Part shown: positions 19,872-28,283 of the stretch, in pieces
How positions within the stretch are numbered: the first letter of the stretch is position 1
How the letters are laid out: each line of letters opens with the position of its first letter
IMG/VR virus record: IMGVR_UViG_3300023210_000076
Span: 1 to 40,795 of that record
Length of the DNA stretch: 40,795 bases
DNA from: a virus
Taxonomy: Duplodnaviria > Caudoviricetes
Reading direction: 5' to 3' (one strand)
Program-made: the position numbers and the translations under genes
The notes under the pieces: generated by a model
Databases searched by the model: none
What the model was told of the DNA's origin: nothing
Seen by the model: the letters and a program-made list of their open reading frames with translations, nothing else

Positions 19872-22800
19872 TTATTGTGATCTATCTCCTAATGCCCATT
19901 TTACTACTGATACTTCAGCTCCTAGTATTACAAATGGGTCAGTTTCTGCTTCTATTCGTATAAACACTATATCCTCTTCGTAAAAGCCACTTATATCTAA
20001 TCCTTCTGTTTCAAGACTCCACGGCTTATCAGTAACTGTATCTATCGTAATGTCTTCAAATGTTCCTGCTGTTGATGTTATTGTAGAAGTATTAGCTGCT
20101 GTTCTAGCTATGGGTGTCTTCCCACCTGCAGGATCATTTACTAAAACACCTTGAACATCTTGAGCTATATAATTAATTCGAGTGGTTTGATTGGTATTTC
20201 CGGAGAGGGATTCAGCACTTGCCTGTAATCCAAATACTCTTACTTTCAATGGGTACGCTGTACAGGTTCCTTTGGGTATTGTTATTTGGAATGTTACCGC
20301 CCTTCCCGTAGTATCTATAAAGGAGTTTTGTAAAGCTTGAGGCCATGATGCTTCATCACCAGTACCGGTACCTACTGTAAAGTTTCCATTTCCAATTTTT
20401 CCATCTTCACCCCATATGTTACCCGTTGCTAAAATTGTTTGTCTGAATAAAGCCTTTCCTCTAAATGATAATTGACCCTTTGGATTAATTAGAGTTGTAT
20501 TTGGTGTATATATAAATTGTTCAAATACTGGAGATGTTGTGATTGGGTTGACTAATCTAATCCTGCCCCATCTTGCATCTATACCAAAGTTTGATGATGT
20601 CGCCCATACATTTGTATTAACATTTGCAATAATTTCTTCTTCGGCGTCATTATGGGAGAATATATTATTAGCATAGTTATACCCTTCTTCACTTGATACA
20701 GCTTGTGCCCCATCGATGTTTTCCCAAGTTGAAGCTGTTGTGAATATTTCTAAAGTTACATCTCCTGGTGAGTATGATCCGGTACTTACTTGTTTATATT
20801 CTAATCCTGTAAAGTATAGAAATTGATCTGCTATATTTGGTGATTTTTGCTTGTTTCCAATGTACATATAATCTCCACTTGCTGAGTAAGCGAAGTCAAA
20901 AGTGGAGGAGTCTTTTGATGTGGCTGCTACAGTTAATGATTGTGATACTCCACCTGAACCTGATGCCCAAACCTCCATACCTTTATTATAAGGTAATCCT
21001 TCTCCTGCACCTAGTGTAAATCCTTTATTTGCATGTCCCACCTCTATATCACTATAAACTCTAAATGCAGGCTTTAGTTTAATACCATCATCTTGAAAAG
21101 TAAAGGAATGCTCAGAGCTAACAAACTCAGGTGGGGCTGATATTTTTAGTGCTTCCATGTGAGCTGCCACAAATACTACATTACTGTCTGAGCCAGAAAT
21201 GCCTGTGTCTATTGTTAAGTGTTTTGGTACGTTGCCATCAACATACACATTCATAGCTTGAATATCGTAGGGTTGTCCTGCTATATGAAATGCTTCTTGA
21301 ACATTGAATAAGTTAGTTCCTAGAATTATACTTGTTCCACCTTCCATATAGAAGCTTGATGATATGTTAGGATTACCTGCATTAGTGTTAATTGCTTGGA
21401 GTCTTCCAGCTTCAACATGATATATTTTATCTATGTTTCCACCTACTGGTATGTGAATTCCATCACAAGCAAATATTCCTCCTTTGATATATAACAGTTT
21501 GTCAAAATCTCCACCTCCATATCTTATTTCATTATAAATTACCTTTGAAGTTGCAGATGTCTCATCTATTTGAAATCCTATACTATTACCCTGTCCTTTT
21601 AGTGTTACATCGTATATAGTTCCAGTTCCTACATTATCATAAGATATTCCTGGGAATGCTCCACTTGGACATACTAAAGTAAACCCTTCTAATCTTGAAT
21701 TTACTTCTTGTGTTATAAATGTAGCACTATTATTAGAAGCTGATATTGTAGTAGAATTTAATCCTGCAAATGACTTTAATGTTACTCCTGATGATAATGT
21801 AAATGGAGGTTCGATGTAAGTACCAGGTTCCATTATTATTGAATCACCTGAGGTTGCTGCTGCTACTGACGCTGAAACACTTGCCCAAGGTCTTTGTAAG
21901 TTACCTTTAATTGCTGTTGAATCGTCTCCAGCTGGACTAACCCATAATGTGTTTGTTACTGTTACTGGTACGTCTGTTAAGTTGCTACCGTTTCCATTAA
22001 AGCTTCCACTAAATGAACCACTATTAACTTGTGCAGAACTACTAACTACACCACTTGGTAATGTAGCAGTGATACCTGTTAAGTTTGTTCCATCTCCTGA
22101 AAAACTTCCACTAAAGCTTCCGCTGTTACTACCGGCACTGCCAGTGTCTACTGTAATGGGGAACGTTGTACCATCACCTTTTGTAAATGTTATAGTATTT
22201 AAACTAATGGATGCTGTAGCTATTAATGACCCCGTTACAGAACCCGGAATGGTGATGCCTGTTAATTGAGAACCATCACCACTAAAATAAGCTGCTGATG
22301 CTGTGCTTGCAAATATTACATCTCCTGTTGTTAGTGAACCTGATATTGTAACTAAACTATTATTATTTCCAATTCTAAGTTGATTTTCTAATGCCGTTGA
22401 TCCTAAACTACCTGATCCTATTATAATATTAGAACCACCTGTCGTTATATTTTGACCAGCAAAATATCCTATAGCTATATTATTATCTCCAGTAGTTAAT
22501 CCATTTAAAGCAGCATATCCTATTGATGTATTATTTATGGCGTTGGTTATAGCAGTTGCCATATTAGACCCTATAAGGGTATTATAACTATGGTTACCTG
22601 TATCACCAGAATGGCCTGTTGCTGTTCCATAACCTAAATAAACATTATATGAACCATTTCCATACCTAGAAGTATAATTTCCTATAGCAACTGTTTGGGA
22701 ATGGTCAGCAAATTCTCCAGCATAAGAACCCATAAATAAATTATTAGATTCTGTATTTGTATCTCTTTTACCTGCATGGTACCCAATTGTAATATTATTA

Positions 22801-23126
22801 TCTCCAGTAGTTAATCCATTTGCAGCATTTTTTCCTATTATAATATTATTTTCAGCCCCAGACTCTAATGAAGCTCCAGCATTTTCTCCTATTACTGTAT
22901 TGCTTAAAACACCTTTTCCATGGGGAATAAATGATCCTGATATTGTTAATGAACCCGTTATTACAGCGTCTCCTGTGAATGGGAAAGGGCTGCTAGCAGG
23001 TAGATTCGTTAAACCTGAACCATCACCTTCAAATGAACCACTAAAAGAGCCAGATGCATTTAATTCGTTTGCGGTTATTATTGTTCCGCTAAATGGTAGA
23101 ATGTTATTTACTTTTATTGTGCTCAT
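19872..23126 (-). CDS. Tail fibre / tailspike with beta-roll repeats and pectin-lyase-like domain
   Basis: 1084 aa; SGSFSGSF.GDGS.LT repeats, N-x-x-IG repeats, WVSPAGDD...PWASVSASVAAATSGDSIIMEPGTY beta-helix cap. Confidence 0.75.
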   Translation of the reverse strand: MSTIKVNNILPFSGTIITANELNASGSFSGSFEGDGSGLTNLPASSPFPFTGDAVITGSLTISGSFIPHGKGVLSNTVIGENAGASLESGAENNIIIGKNAANGLTTGDNNITIGYHAGKRDTNTESNNLFMGSYAGEFADHSQTVAIGNYTSRYGNGSYNVYLGYGTATGHSGDTGNHSYNTLIGSNMATAITNAINNTSIGYAALNGLTTGDNNIAIGYFAGQNITTGGSNIIIGSGSLGSTALENQLRIGNNNSLVTISGSLTTGDVIFASTASAAYFSGDGSQLTGITIPGSVTGSLIATASISLNTITFTKGDGTTFPITVDTGSAGSNSGSFSGSFSGDGTNLTGITATLPSGVVSSSAQVNSGSFSGSFNGNGSNLTDVPVTVTNTLWVSPAGDDSTAIKGNLQRPWASVSASVAAATSGDSIIMEPGTYIEPPFTLSSGVTLKSFAGLNSTTISASNNSATFITQEVNSRLEGFTLVCPSGAFPGISYDNVGTGTIYDVTLKGQGNSIGFQIDETSATSKVIYNEIRYGGGDFDKLLYIKGGIFACDGIHIPVGGNIDKIYHVEAGRLQAINTNAGNPNISSSFYMEGGTSIILGTNLFNVQEAFHIAGQPYDIQAMNVYVDGNVPKHLTIDTGISGSDSNVVFVAAHMEALKISAPPEFVSSEHSFTFQDDGIKLKPAFRVYSDIEVGHANKGFTLGAGEGLPYNKGMEVWASGSGGVSQSLTVAATSKDSSTFDFAYSASGDYMYIGNKQKSPNIADQFLYFTGLEYKQVSTGSYSPGDVTLEIFTTASTWENIDGAQAVSSEEGYNYANNIFSHNDAEEEIIANVNTNVWATSSNFGIDARWGRIRLVNPITTSPVFEQFIYTPNTTLINPKGQLSFRGKALFRQTILATGNIWGEDGKIGNGNFTVGTGTGDEASWPQALQNSFIDTTGRAVTFQITIPKGTCTAYPLKVRVFGLQASAESLSGNTNQTTRINYIAQDVQGVLVNDPAGGKTPIARTAANTSTITSTAGTFEDITIDTVTDKPWSLETEGLDISGFYEEDIVFIRIEAETDPFVILGAEVSVVKWALGDRSQ
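22477..22821. repeat. Exact 30-nt direct repeat within fibre gene (22477-22506 and 22792-22821)
   Basis: atattattatctccagtagttaatccattt twice, encoding NGLTTGDNNI. Confidence 0.85.
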
Positions 23127-23133
23127 GGGGTTC

Positions 23134-23388
23134 CTATAATATTACTAATGTAGAATCTGTTTCTATAATTAAATTTATTGATTGGCTTACTGATATTGGG
23201 CTTGCTAACATTCCGTTATATGTAGCCGGAACTGTTTGATCTGCAGTAAGTATTTGTCGGTTTAAATACAGACTCGATTGTATATCATTTGTTATATCAG
23301 CAGACGAAGCGGTAACACTAGTAGTTACGTTTAGACTATTCAATGACGCATCCGATCCGGATACGACGACTTTTTTCCAATTCGGCAT
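23134..23388 (-). CDS. Short tail-fibre-related protein
   Basis: 84 aa; N-terminus MPNWKKVVVSGS paralogous to MAEWKKVAVSGS of 23838-24776; SD TAAGGA. Confidence 0.65.
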   Translation of the reverse strand: MPNWKKVVVSGSDASLNSLNVTTSVTASSADITNDIQSSLYLNRQILTADQTVPATYNGMLASPISVSQSINLIIETDSTLVIL

Positions 23389-23401
23389 ATTATTTCCTTA
23401 T

Positions 23402-23466
23402 TACATTGCGGTTAGATACATACATTAATGCCATGCATACGCCTACTTCCTTGCGGCCAACAATAT
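23402..23466 (-). ncRNA. Candidate structured cis-regulatory leader RNA (three-way junction)
   Basis: GC-enriched island between promoter motif and SD; ATATTGT.GG/CC.GCAATGT closing stem, CC-GCAA-GG GNRA hairpin, GTATGCAT/ATGTATGT stem. Confidence 0.5.
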
Positions 23467-23488
23467 TATTATTTAATATAAATATATG

Positions 23489-23641
23489 CTATTTACGTTT
23501 AGTTGGTTTTGGTTTGGATTTTAAATCTATTTCTTTTTCAATTTTAGATTGTAAATTTGCTAGTAATCTAGCATCCGTTCCTTTAATTGTAATAACATCC
23601 AATGCATGTCGCATTAATTGTAATTCTGGTATATTGTACAT
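23489..23641 (-). CDS. Small hypothetical protein (50 aa, missed by ORF track)
   Basis: MYNIPELQLMRHALDVITIKGTDARLLANLQSKIEKEIDLKSKPKPTKRK; fills the gap 6 nt after the upstream stop. Confidence 0.75.
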   Translation of the reverse strand: MYNIPELQLMRHALDVITIKGTDARLLANLQSKIEKEIDLKSKPKPTKRK

Positions 23642-23647
23642 AACTTA

Positions 23648-23821
23648 TTATTTTATATATTGCTGTTGTAATTTATATACAATTGTATATAACTGTTCTA
23701 ACTGTTCTCCTTTGAACTGACATTCTTTTATTAAATTTAATAGAAATTCAATATCTGATTTAGTTAGTGATGTAGGAACTACGTCCTGTTTTTGTTTTTT
23801 TACTTGATTTATTAAACTCAT
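23648..23821 (-). CDS. Small helical hypothetical protein (57 aa; start revised to MSLINQ)
   Basis: ATG at 23821 preceded by TAAGG and not overlapping the upstream gene. Confidence 0.7.
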   Translation of the reverse strand: MSLINQVKKQKQDVVPTSLTKSDIEFLLNLIKECQFKGEQLEQLYTIVYKLQQQYIK

Positions 23822-23837
23822 AACCTTACTTATTATT

Positions 23838-24776
23838 TTATGCATATATCCATATATCGCCATCATCTGTATCTATGTGCATTGTACCATAACCATTTCC
23901 AGCCCCTCCATATACAGGTGCCGTAGATGCTGCGGTATGGCCTGTACCGGTTTGTATTGTACCAACATATACATCCGGGGTAAATGTCGGAGATACTGCA
24001 TCATATGAAGAAGTCAATCCCCATCTGTTTGTATTTGAATCATATGCAAGTGCTTTACCAAATCCTTGAGTATCTTGTTGTACTACAATACCACCATCAC
24101 CAACTGTAGATGATCCGGATGCTAACAATACAAATCGATCTGCTACTGCTAAATTAGTTGTTTCTTGGAACGAAGCTGTCCCTTCAACGACGATATCACC
24201 TTGAAATAATGTATTAACCGATGATATAGTAATCAATGTCCCATTATCTGAAATATTTGAATCTACAAATGAATCGCCATCCCATTTTGTTAAAGTATTT
24301 GTTGATAATGTATCGGAGCCGGACACTTGTACTGATGCTGCTGATGAACCATTATATGTAAATGATGTAATTCCGGTACTGTTTGATATTGAATTATCTA
24401 ATGTAACAGCGCCGGTGAATGATCCTGTAAATGATCCTGTCGCGCCTATACCATCAATTTGGGTAACAGTATCGCCTAAATTTATTGTAGTCGATCCAAT
24501 CGTAACTGATGAATTTGCTAATGTAGTATTTGGAATACTAGCTAGATCGAATGTAATCGTATCATTGACAACACTACCTGATATAGTTAATCCTGTATCT
24601 GCTGATCCGGTAACTATATTAAAACTTGATGTAGCCGAACTAGCTATTAATTCAACTCCATTGATGGATGCTGTGCCAAATGACATGCCAGACATTACAG
24701 ATGTCAAATACCCCGCGTCATTATCGAACTGTGATACACTACTGCCCGAGACTGCTACTTTTTTCCATTCTGCCAT
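23838..24776 (-). CDS. Tail fibre / virion structural protein
   Basis: 312 aa Ser/Thr/Gly-rich beta protein; TGSFTGSFTG, GDIVVEGTAS...NLAVADRFVLL fibre-like motifs. Confidence 0.7.
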   Translation of the reverse strand: MAEWKKVAVSGSSVSQFDNDAGYLTSVMSGMSFGTASINGVELIASSATSSFNIVTGSADTGLTISGSVVNDTITFDLASIPNTTLANSSVTIGSTTINLGDTVTQIDGIGATGSFTGSFTGAVTLDNSISNSTGITSFTYNGSSAASVQVSGSDTLSTNTLTKWDGDSFVDSNISDNGTLITISSVNTLFQGDIVVEGTASFQETTNLAVADRFVLLASGSSTVGDGGIVVQQDTQGFGKALAYDSNTNRWGLTSSYDAVSPTFTPDVYVGTIQTGTGHTAASTAPVYGGAGNGYGTMHIDTDDGDIWIYA

Positions 24777-24820
24777 AATATTCCTTTATTCTTTTATATA
24801 AATATGTTTATCAATTGAAT

Positions 24821-25564
24821 TCAATCCAGTCCTACGAACATAGATGTTGATGTAAAATATAATCCTCCGTTAGGTGCAGGATTATTTAATTCAATGGACT
24901 GTGTTGCAAATATTACAACTCCGCTTTGAGATACTGCTAATATTGGTGCATATGATGTATCTCTAATTAAAAACATCGTTGGTGCATTATTTGTTATTGT
25001 AACCGCTCCGGATTCCTGCACGCGCATTGTATTGAAACTAGATGATTTTATTAGAAATATATCTCCGCCTGTCCCGTTAATGTCTAATGAACCGGTTATC
25101 TCCGCATCACCTGTAAATGGAAATGTACCTCCGATACTAACTATAACACCTGAAGATGTAATGGATGTACTGACACCGCTACCTACAAAATTTATAAGTG
25201 ATGCAGATGTCGTTAATTCTATGCCTTCATCTAATATCTGTATTGTATTAGAGCCTGATGCTCCTGTTGGTCCTATAGGTCCTTGTGACCCCGATGGTCC
25301 ACCTGCCGGTCCAATAGGACCTCTTTCACCTGCAGGTCCAGCAGTACCGGTGGCTGATATTATTATATTTTGATTTACCGGGGAAGATACAGATACTGAT
25401 TTGCCTGTCTTGTTATCTGTAATTGTTAAAGCTGGAGCTGTAGTTTCTATAACGGGCTCGATGACAGTTATTGTGGGTTGTACAGTCTGTATAACCGTAG
25501 ATGTATCAACTACCGGAACAGGTGTTTTACTCGATTCTTGTATTATTATTGAGTTGTCGCTCAT
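24821..25564 (-). CDS. Collagen-like tail fibre / virion protein
   Basis: G-X-Y tract GTAGPAGERGPIGPAGGPSGSQGPIGPTGASGS; FPFTGDAEITGSL module. Confidence 0.7.
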   Translation of the reverse strand: MSDNSIIIQESSKTPVPVVDTSTVIQTVQPTITVIEPVIETTAPALTITDNKTGKSVSVSSPVNQNIIISATGTAGPAGERGPIGPAGGPSGSQGPIGPTGASGSNTIQILDEGIELTTSASLINFVGSGVSTSITSSGVIVSIGGTFPFTGDAEITGSLDINGTGGDIFLIKSSSFNTMRVQESGAVTITNNAPTMFLIRDTSYAPILAVSQSGVVIFATQSIELNNPAPNGGLYFTSTSMFVGLD

Positions 25565-25567
25565 TCA

Positions 25568-25969
25568 TTATACCGTAGTTACTTGTTTAGTTAATTGAAC
25601 CCTACCTTCTAATAAACGCGTTCTTATTTGGCCATCGGTTATTTCTAAATCATAATAAGCTTCAGAAAATGAAAGATTATTTGTTACGTCATGGCCGATG
25701 TAAACGCCGATGCTACCAGATACCTGAGCCGTTGTTAAATTACTTCCTGATAAACTAATAAATGAAGATCCGGAGTATTTATTATAAACATCTCCTAAAC
25801 TAGATGTTAATGTTGTATATAACGTATTCCCGCCTTTTGCATTACGTATCTGCATTGCAGCAGTATATCCAGATAAATCTACGGCAGTTCCGCTCGCATC
25901 TTTATACACTATTTGAAAATCGGTAGTCGCGCCTTGTTCTATCACGAATGAATATTTTCCAGATGCCAT
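25568..25969 (-). CDS. Fibre-attachment / BppU-N-like virion protein (start revised to MASGKY)
   Basis: IEQGAT...VDLSGYTAAMQIR...YYDLEI...RLLEGRV pattern; AAGGA and ATATTTAT (25987-25994) upstream of ATG 25969. Confidence 0.65.
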   Translation of the reverse strand: MASGKYSFVIEQGATTDFQIVYKDASGTAVDLSGYTAAMQIRNAKGGNTLYTTLTSSLGDVYNKYSGSSFISLSGSNLTTAQVSGSIGVYIGHDVTNNLSFSEAYYDLEITDGQIRTRLLEGRVQLTKQVTTV

Positions 25970-26022
25970 GTCTATATCCTTTTGATATAAATATGTAACA
26001 AATGGCACTTTAAGCTTTTAAA

Positions 26023-27366
26023 CTAAACATTTCTGCCATTTTCATAAACATGTTTCACGGTTGGAAATCTTAAACTTATACCACCTTCTTGGTTTTTTGT
26101 TTCTTCAAAGTATTGAATGGTAATTGTCTTACCAATTAATTGTTCTGGATTGGCTTGGTATCTTATTCTTTGTTCTTGATTCCAACCAGATCCAACTGAG
26201 ACTTTATATCCTTTATGCTCAATAATAACATTTGCTAACATTGGCATTACTACTTCCTTACCTTCTCTAATTACTCTATGGTCATCAAATTCAACATCTA
26301 ATACTTCATATTCGGCATCATGGAACTTTTTACATTTTAATAAGTTTTTAGATCTCTTACCTTCATAAGTAGAATCTTTTCTTAACATAACTCCTTCATA
26401 TCCATTTACATCGGCATCGGTCGTCATTTCTAATAAATGCTTGATATCTTTTACTTCTATCTGAGGTAATATACTTAATGTTTTTGTATCACTAAATACT
26501 CCGTCTACTTCTGGTAATCTCTGTAACCTTTCTGTTAATGATATATTACCTTCTTTTGAATCAAATTCTTCGATTGATATACAATCAAATATAATATATT
26601 TTGGATTTTTAATAGTATGATCTTTTCTTTTGATTTGTTTCATTATTCCTTGAAAATCTTCATTTCCATTTTCATCCATCATACAAATCTCCCCGTCTAA
26701 TACAAAGTCATTATGCCAACTTATTTCATCACTGATATATAAAATATCATCTAATACTTTTTGTAAGGTCGTAAACTCATTTCCTGCTCTAGAATAAGCA
26801 TTTATTTTATTTCCTTCCTTTCTTATAATACATCTTACACCATCCAATTTTCTAGACGCTAACCAAACTTCATTTTCGAAATCACAAAATTTAGGTTCAT
26901 ATTTGGTTGCTAAGGCAACATCAAAGGATGGAATTAAATTTGGAATGACTTTATTAATAACTGATTCAGAAGCTCTAATTTCTAAGTTTCTATCAATAAT
27001 AGAATAAAATAAATCTTCGAATTCCGGATAGGCATTTATATATGAAACAAACATCATGATAGCTTCATGTCCGGTGAAAAATCTTTCATTTAAGTCTTTT
27101 AATATATTGAAGAAAGAATCATTTGGATTATCACCCACTATAGCGGTAAGTACATCATCGGCTAAATGACTCATTTTTTTACAAGTCTTACTAGTTATAT
27201 AATACTTCTTATATGGATCATAGGTATAATTTAACGCCTCTGTAATGAATTCATCATCCTTTACTGAATCAATTATAACCTTTTTCTCTATTAGCGATGA
27301 AGTAGCTTTCATATCATCTACAAATTTTTGTAATCTTTTTAAATTTTCGGTTTCTTTATATTTCAT
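26023..27366 (-). CDS. lig: ATP-dependent DNA ligase
   Basis: SRKLDGVRC (motif I KxDG), LDGEI (III), FDCI (IIIa), EGVMLR (IV), LLKCK (V), SLRFP (VI). Confidence 0.95.
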   Translation of the reverse strand: MKYKETENLKRLQKFVDDMKATSSLIEKKVIIDSVKDDEFITEALNYTYDPYKKYYITSKTCKKMSHLADDVLTAIVGDNPNDSFFNILKDLNERFFTGHEAIMMFVSYINAYPEFEDLFYSIIDRNLEIRASESVINKVIPNLIPSFDVALATKYEPKFCDFENEVWLASRKLDGVRCIIRKEGNKINAYSRAGNEFTTLQKVLDDILYISDEISWHNDFVLDGEICMMDENGNEDFQGIMKQIKRKDHTIKNPKYIIFDCISIEEFDSKEGNISLTERLQRLPEVDGVFSDTKTLSILPQIEVKDIKHLLEMTTDADVNGYEGVMLRKDSTYEGKRSKNLLKCKKFHDAEYEVLDVEFDDHRVIREGKEVVMPMLANVIIEHKGYKVSVGSGWNQEQRIRYQANPEQLIGKTITIQYFEETKNQEGGISLRFPTVKHVYENGRNV

Positions 27367-27413
27367 ATCTCTTATTTTGGTTCTAAATCGAAAGCATCTC
27401 TCTCAATCTTATA

Positions 27414-27451
27414 ATATAAATATAAGGTAAATAATCCGTAAGTCCTAATTT
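27414..27451 (-). promoter_or_regulatory. Bipartite promoter upstream of ligase (repeat copy 1)
   Basis: AAATTAGGACTTACG-N9-CCTTATATTTATAT; same blocks at 28152-28189. Confidence 0.8.
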
Positions 27452-27464
27452 TTTTCATGCTTTT

Positions 27465-27959
27465 TTAATTAAACATATAACTCATTAAACGCTCTTTTTC
27501 TGCTAAAAATAATTTTGCAAATTTAGGATCATGTTCTAAAATTGATTCTGAATTATGTTCTATGTCATATCTTTTTATCTGCTTGGCTCTTTTAGATACA
27601 TATGCCAATCTCAATGCTTCCATTTCCTTTCTATATTTTCTATTATGATCAGGAAAAGCTTCTTTGGTATATACATCAGTTAATTCAACAACTAATGATA
27701 AAATATCTTCTGCACTTTCAACACTAAATGTTTTATGCAAAAACGCTCTCATTTCTGAATGAGTAACTTTAGTATCTTCCAAAACATCATGGAGGTAAGC
27801 AGCACTGGTCATATTATTATCTTCATATCTTTCATGAACTCGTTCTGCAACTGCAATTGGATGAGTAATATAACCTTCTCCGGTATATTTTCTTATTTGG
27901 TCTTTATGAGCCTCTGCTGCAAATTCTAATACACTTATGCTTCCTACGAAAATTTCCAT
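27465..27959 (-). CDS. HD-domain hydrolase, SpoT/MESH1-like small alarmone hydrolase
   Basis: AHKDQIRK, YITHP, AAYLHDVLEDT, V.ELTD, IKRYDIEHN motifs. Confidence 0.8.
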   Translation of the reverse strand: MEIFVGSISVLEFAAEAHKDQIRKYTGEGYITHPIAVAERVHERYEDNNMTSAAYLHDVLEDTKVTHSEMRAFLHKTFSVESAEDILSLVVELTDVYTKEAFPDHNRKYRKEMEALRLAYVSKRAKQIKRYDIEHNSESILEHDPKFAKLFLAEKERLMSYMFN

Positions 27960-28135
27960 AACTTCTTTTCTAATTTATTAACTAATCCGATTGCATCTTG
28001 AAACTTAAATCGAGCTGCATCACTGGTGCGATTTGCTTTCCAATGCATACGTTTCTTTTCTTTGAATTGTTTCGCTAGCTTTAATTGGTTAAGCAATGCT
28101 CGATGTTGATTTCCTAATTCTTGATGATGATTCAT
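27944..28135 (-). CDS. Small basic hypothetical protein
   Basis: 63 aa ORF directly behind a bipartite promoter, overlapping the HD gene start. Confidence 0.65.
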   Translation of the reverse strand: MNHHQELGNQHRALLNQLKLAKQFKEKKRMHWKANRTSDAARFKFQDAIGLVNKLEKKLWKFS

Positions 28136-28151
28136 ATCTCTTATTTCTTAT

Positions 28152-28189
28152 ATATAAATATAAGGAGAATATATCGTAAGTCCTAATTT
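28152..28189 (-). promoter_or_regulatory. Bipartite promoter upstream of 63-aa ORF/HD operon (repeat copy 2)
   Basis: AAATTAGGACTTACG-N9-CCTTATATTTATAT. Confidence 0.8.
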
Positions 28190-28209
28190 ATTTGAAGCTT
28201 TCTGCCAGT

Positions 28210-28236
28210 AAAAAAGGGTGACCGAAGTCACCCTTT
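28210..28236 (-). terminator. Rho-independent terminator after major capsid gene
   Basis: Minus strand AAAGGGTGAC-TTCG-GTCACCC-TTTTTT, cUUCGg tetraloop. Confidence 0.92.
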
Positions 28237-28283
28237 AATTCAATTGCTAATTAGTATTTGTTAAATAAATTAATTATTAACTA

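Noticed and set aside
22477-22821. Fibre repeat as a diversity-generating retroelement TR/VR pair
   Set aside because: Only 30 nt, identical, both coding, no adenine-specific mismatches and no reverse transcriptase in the window
23449-23458. GGCCGCAAGG match to 16S rRNA helix 27
   Set aside because: A 10-nt GNRA hairpin match without further rRNA similarity; likely coincidence
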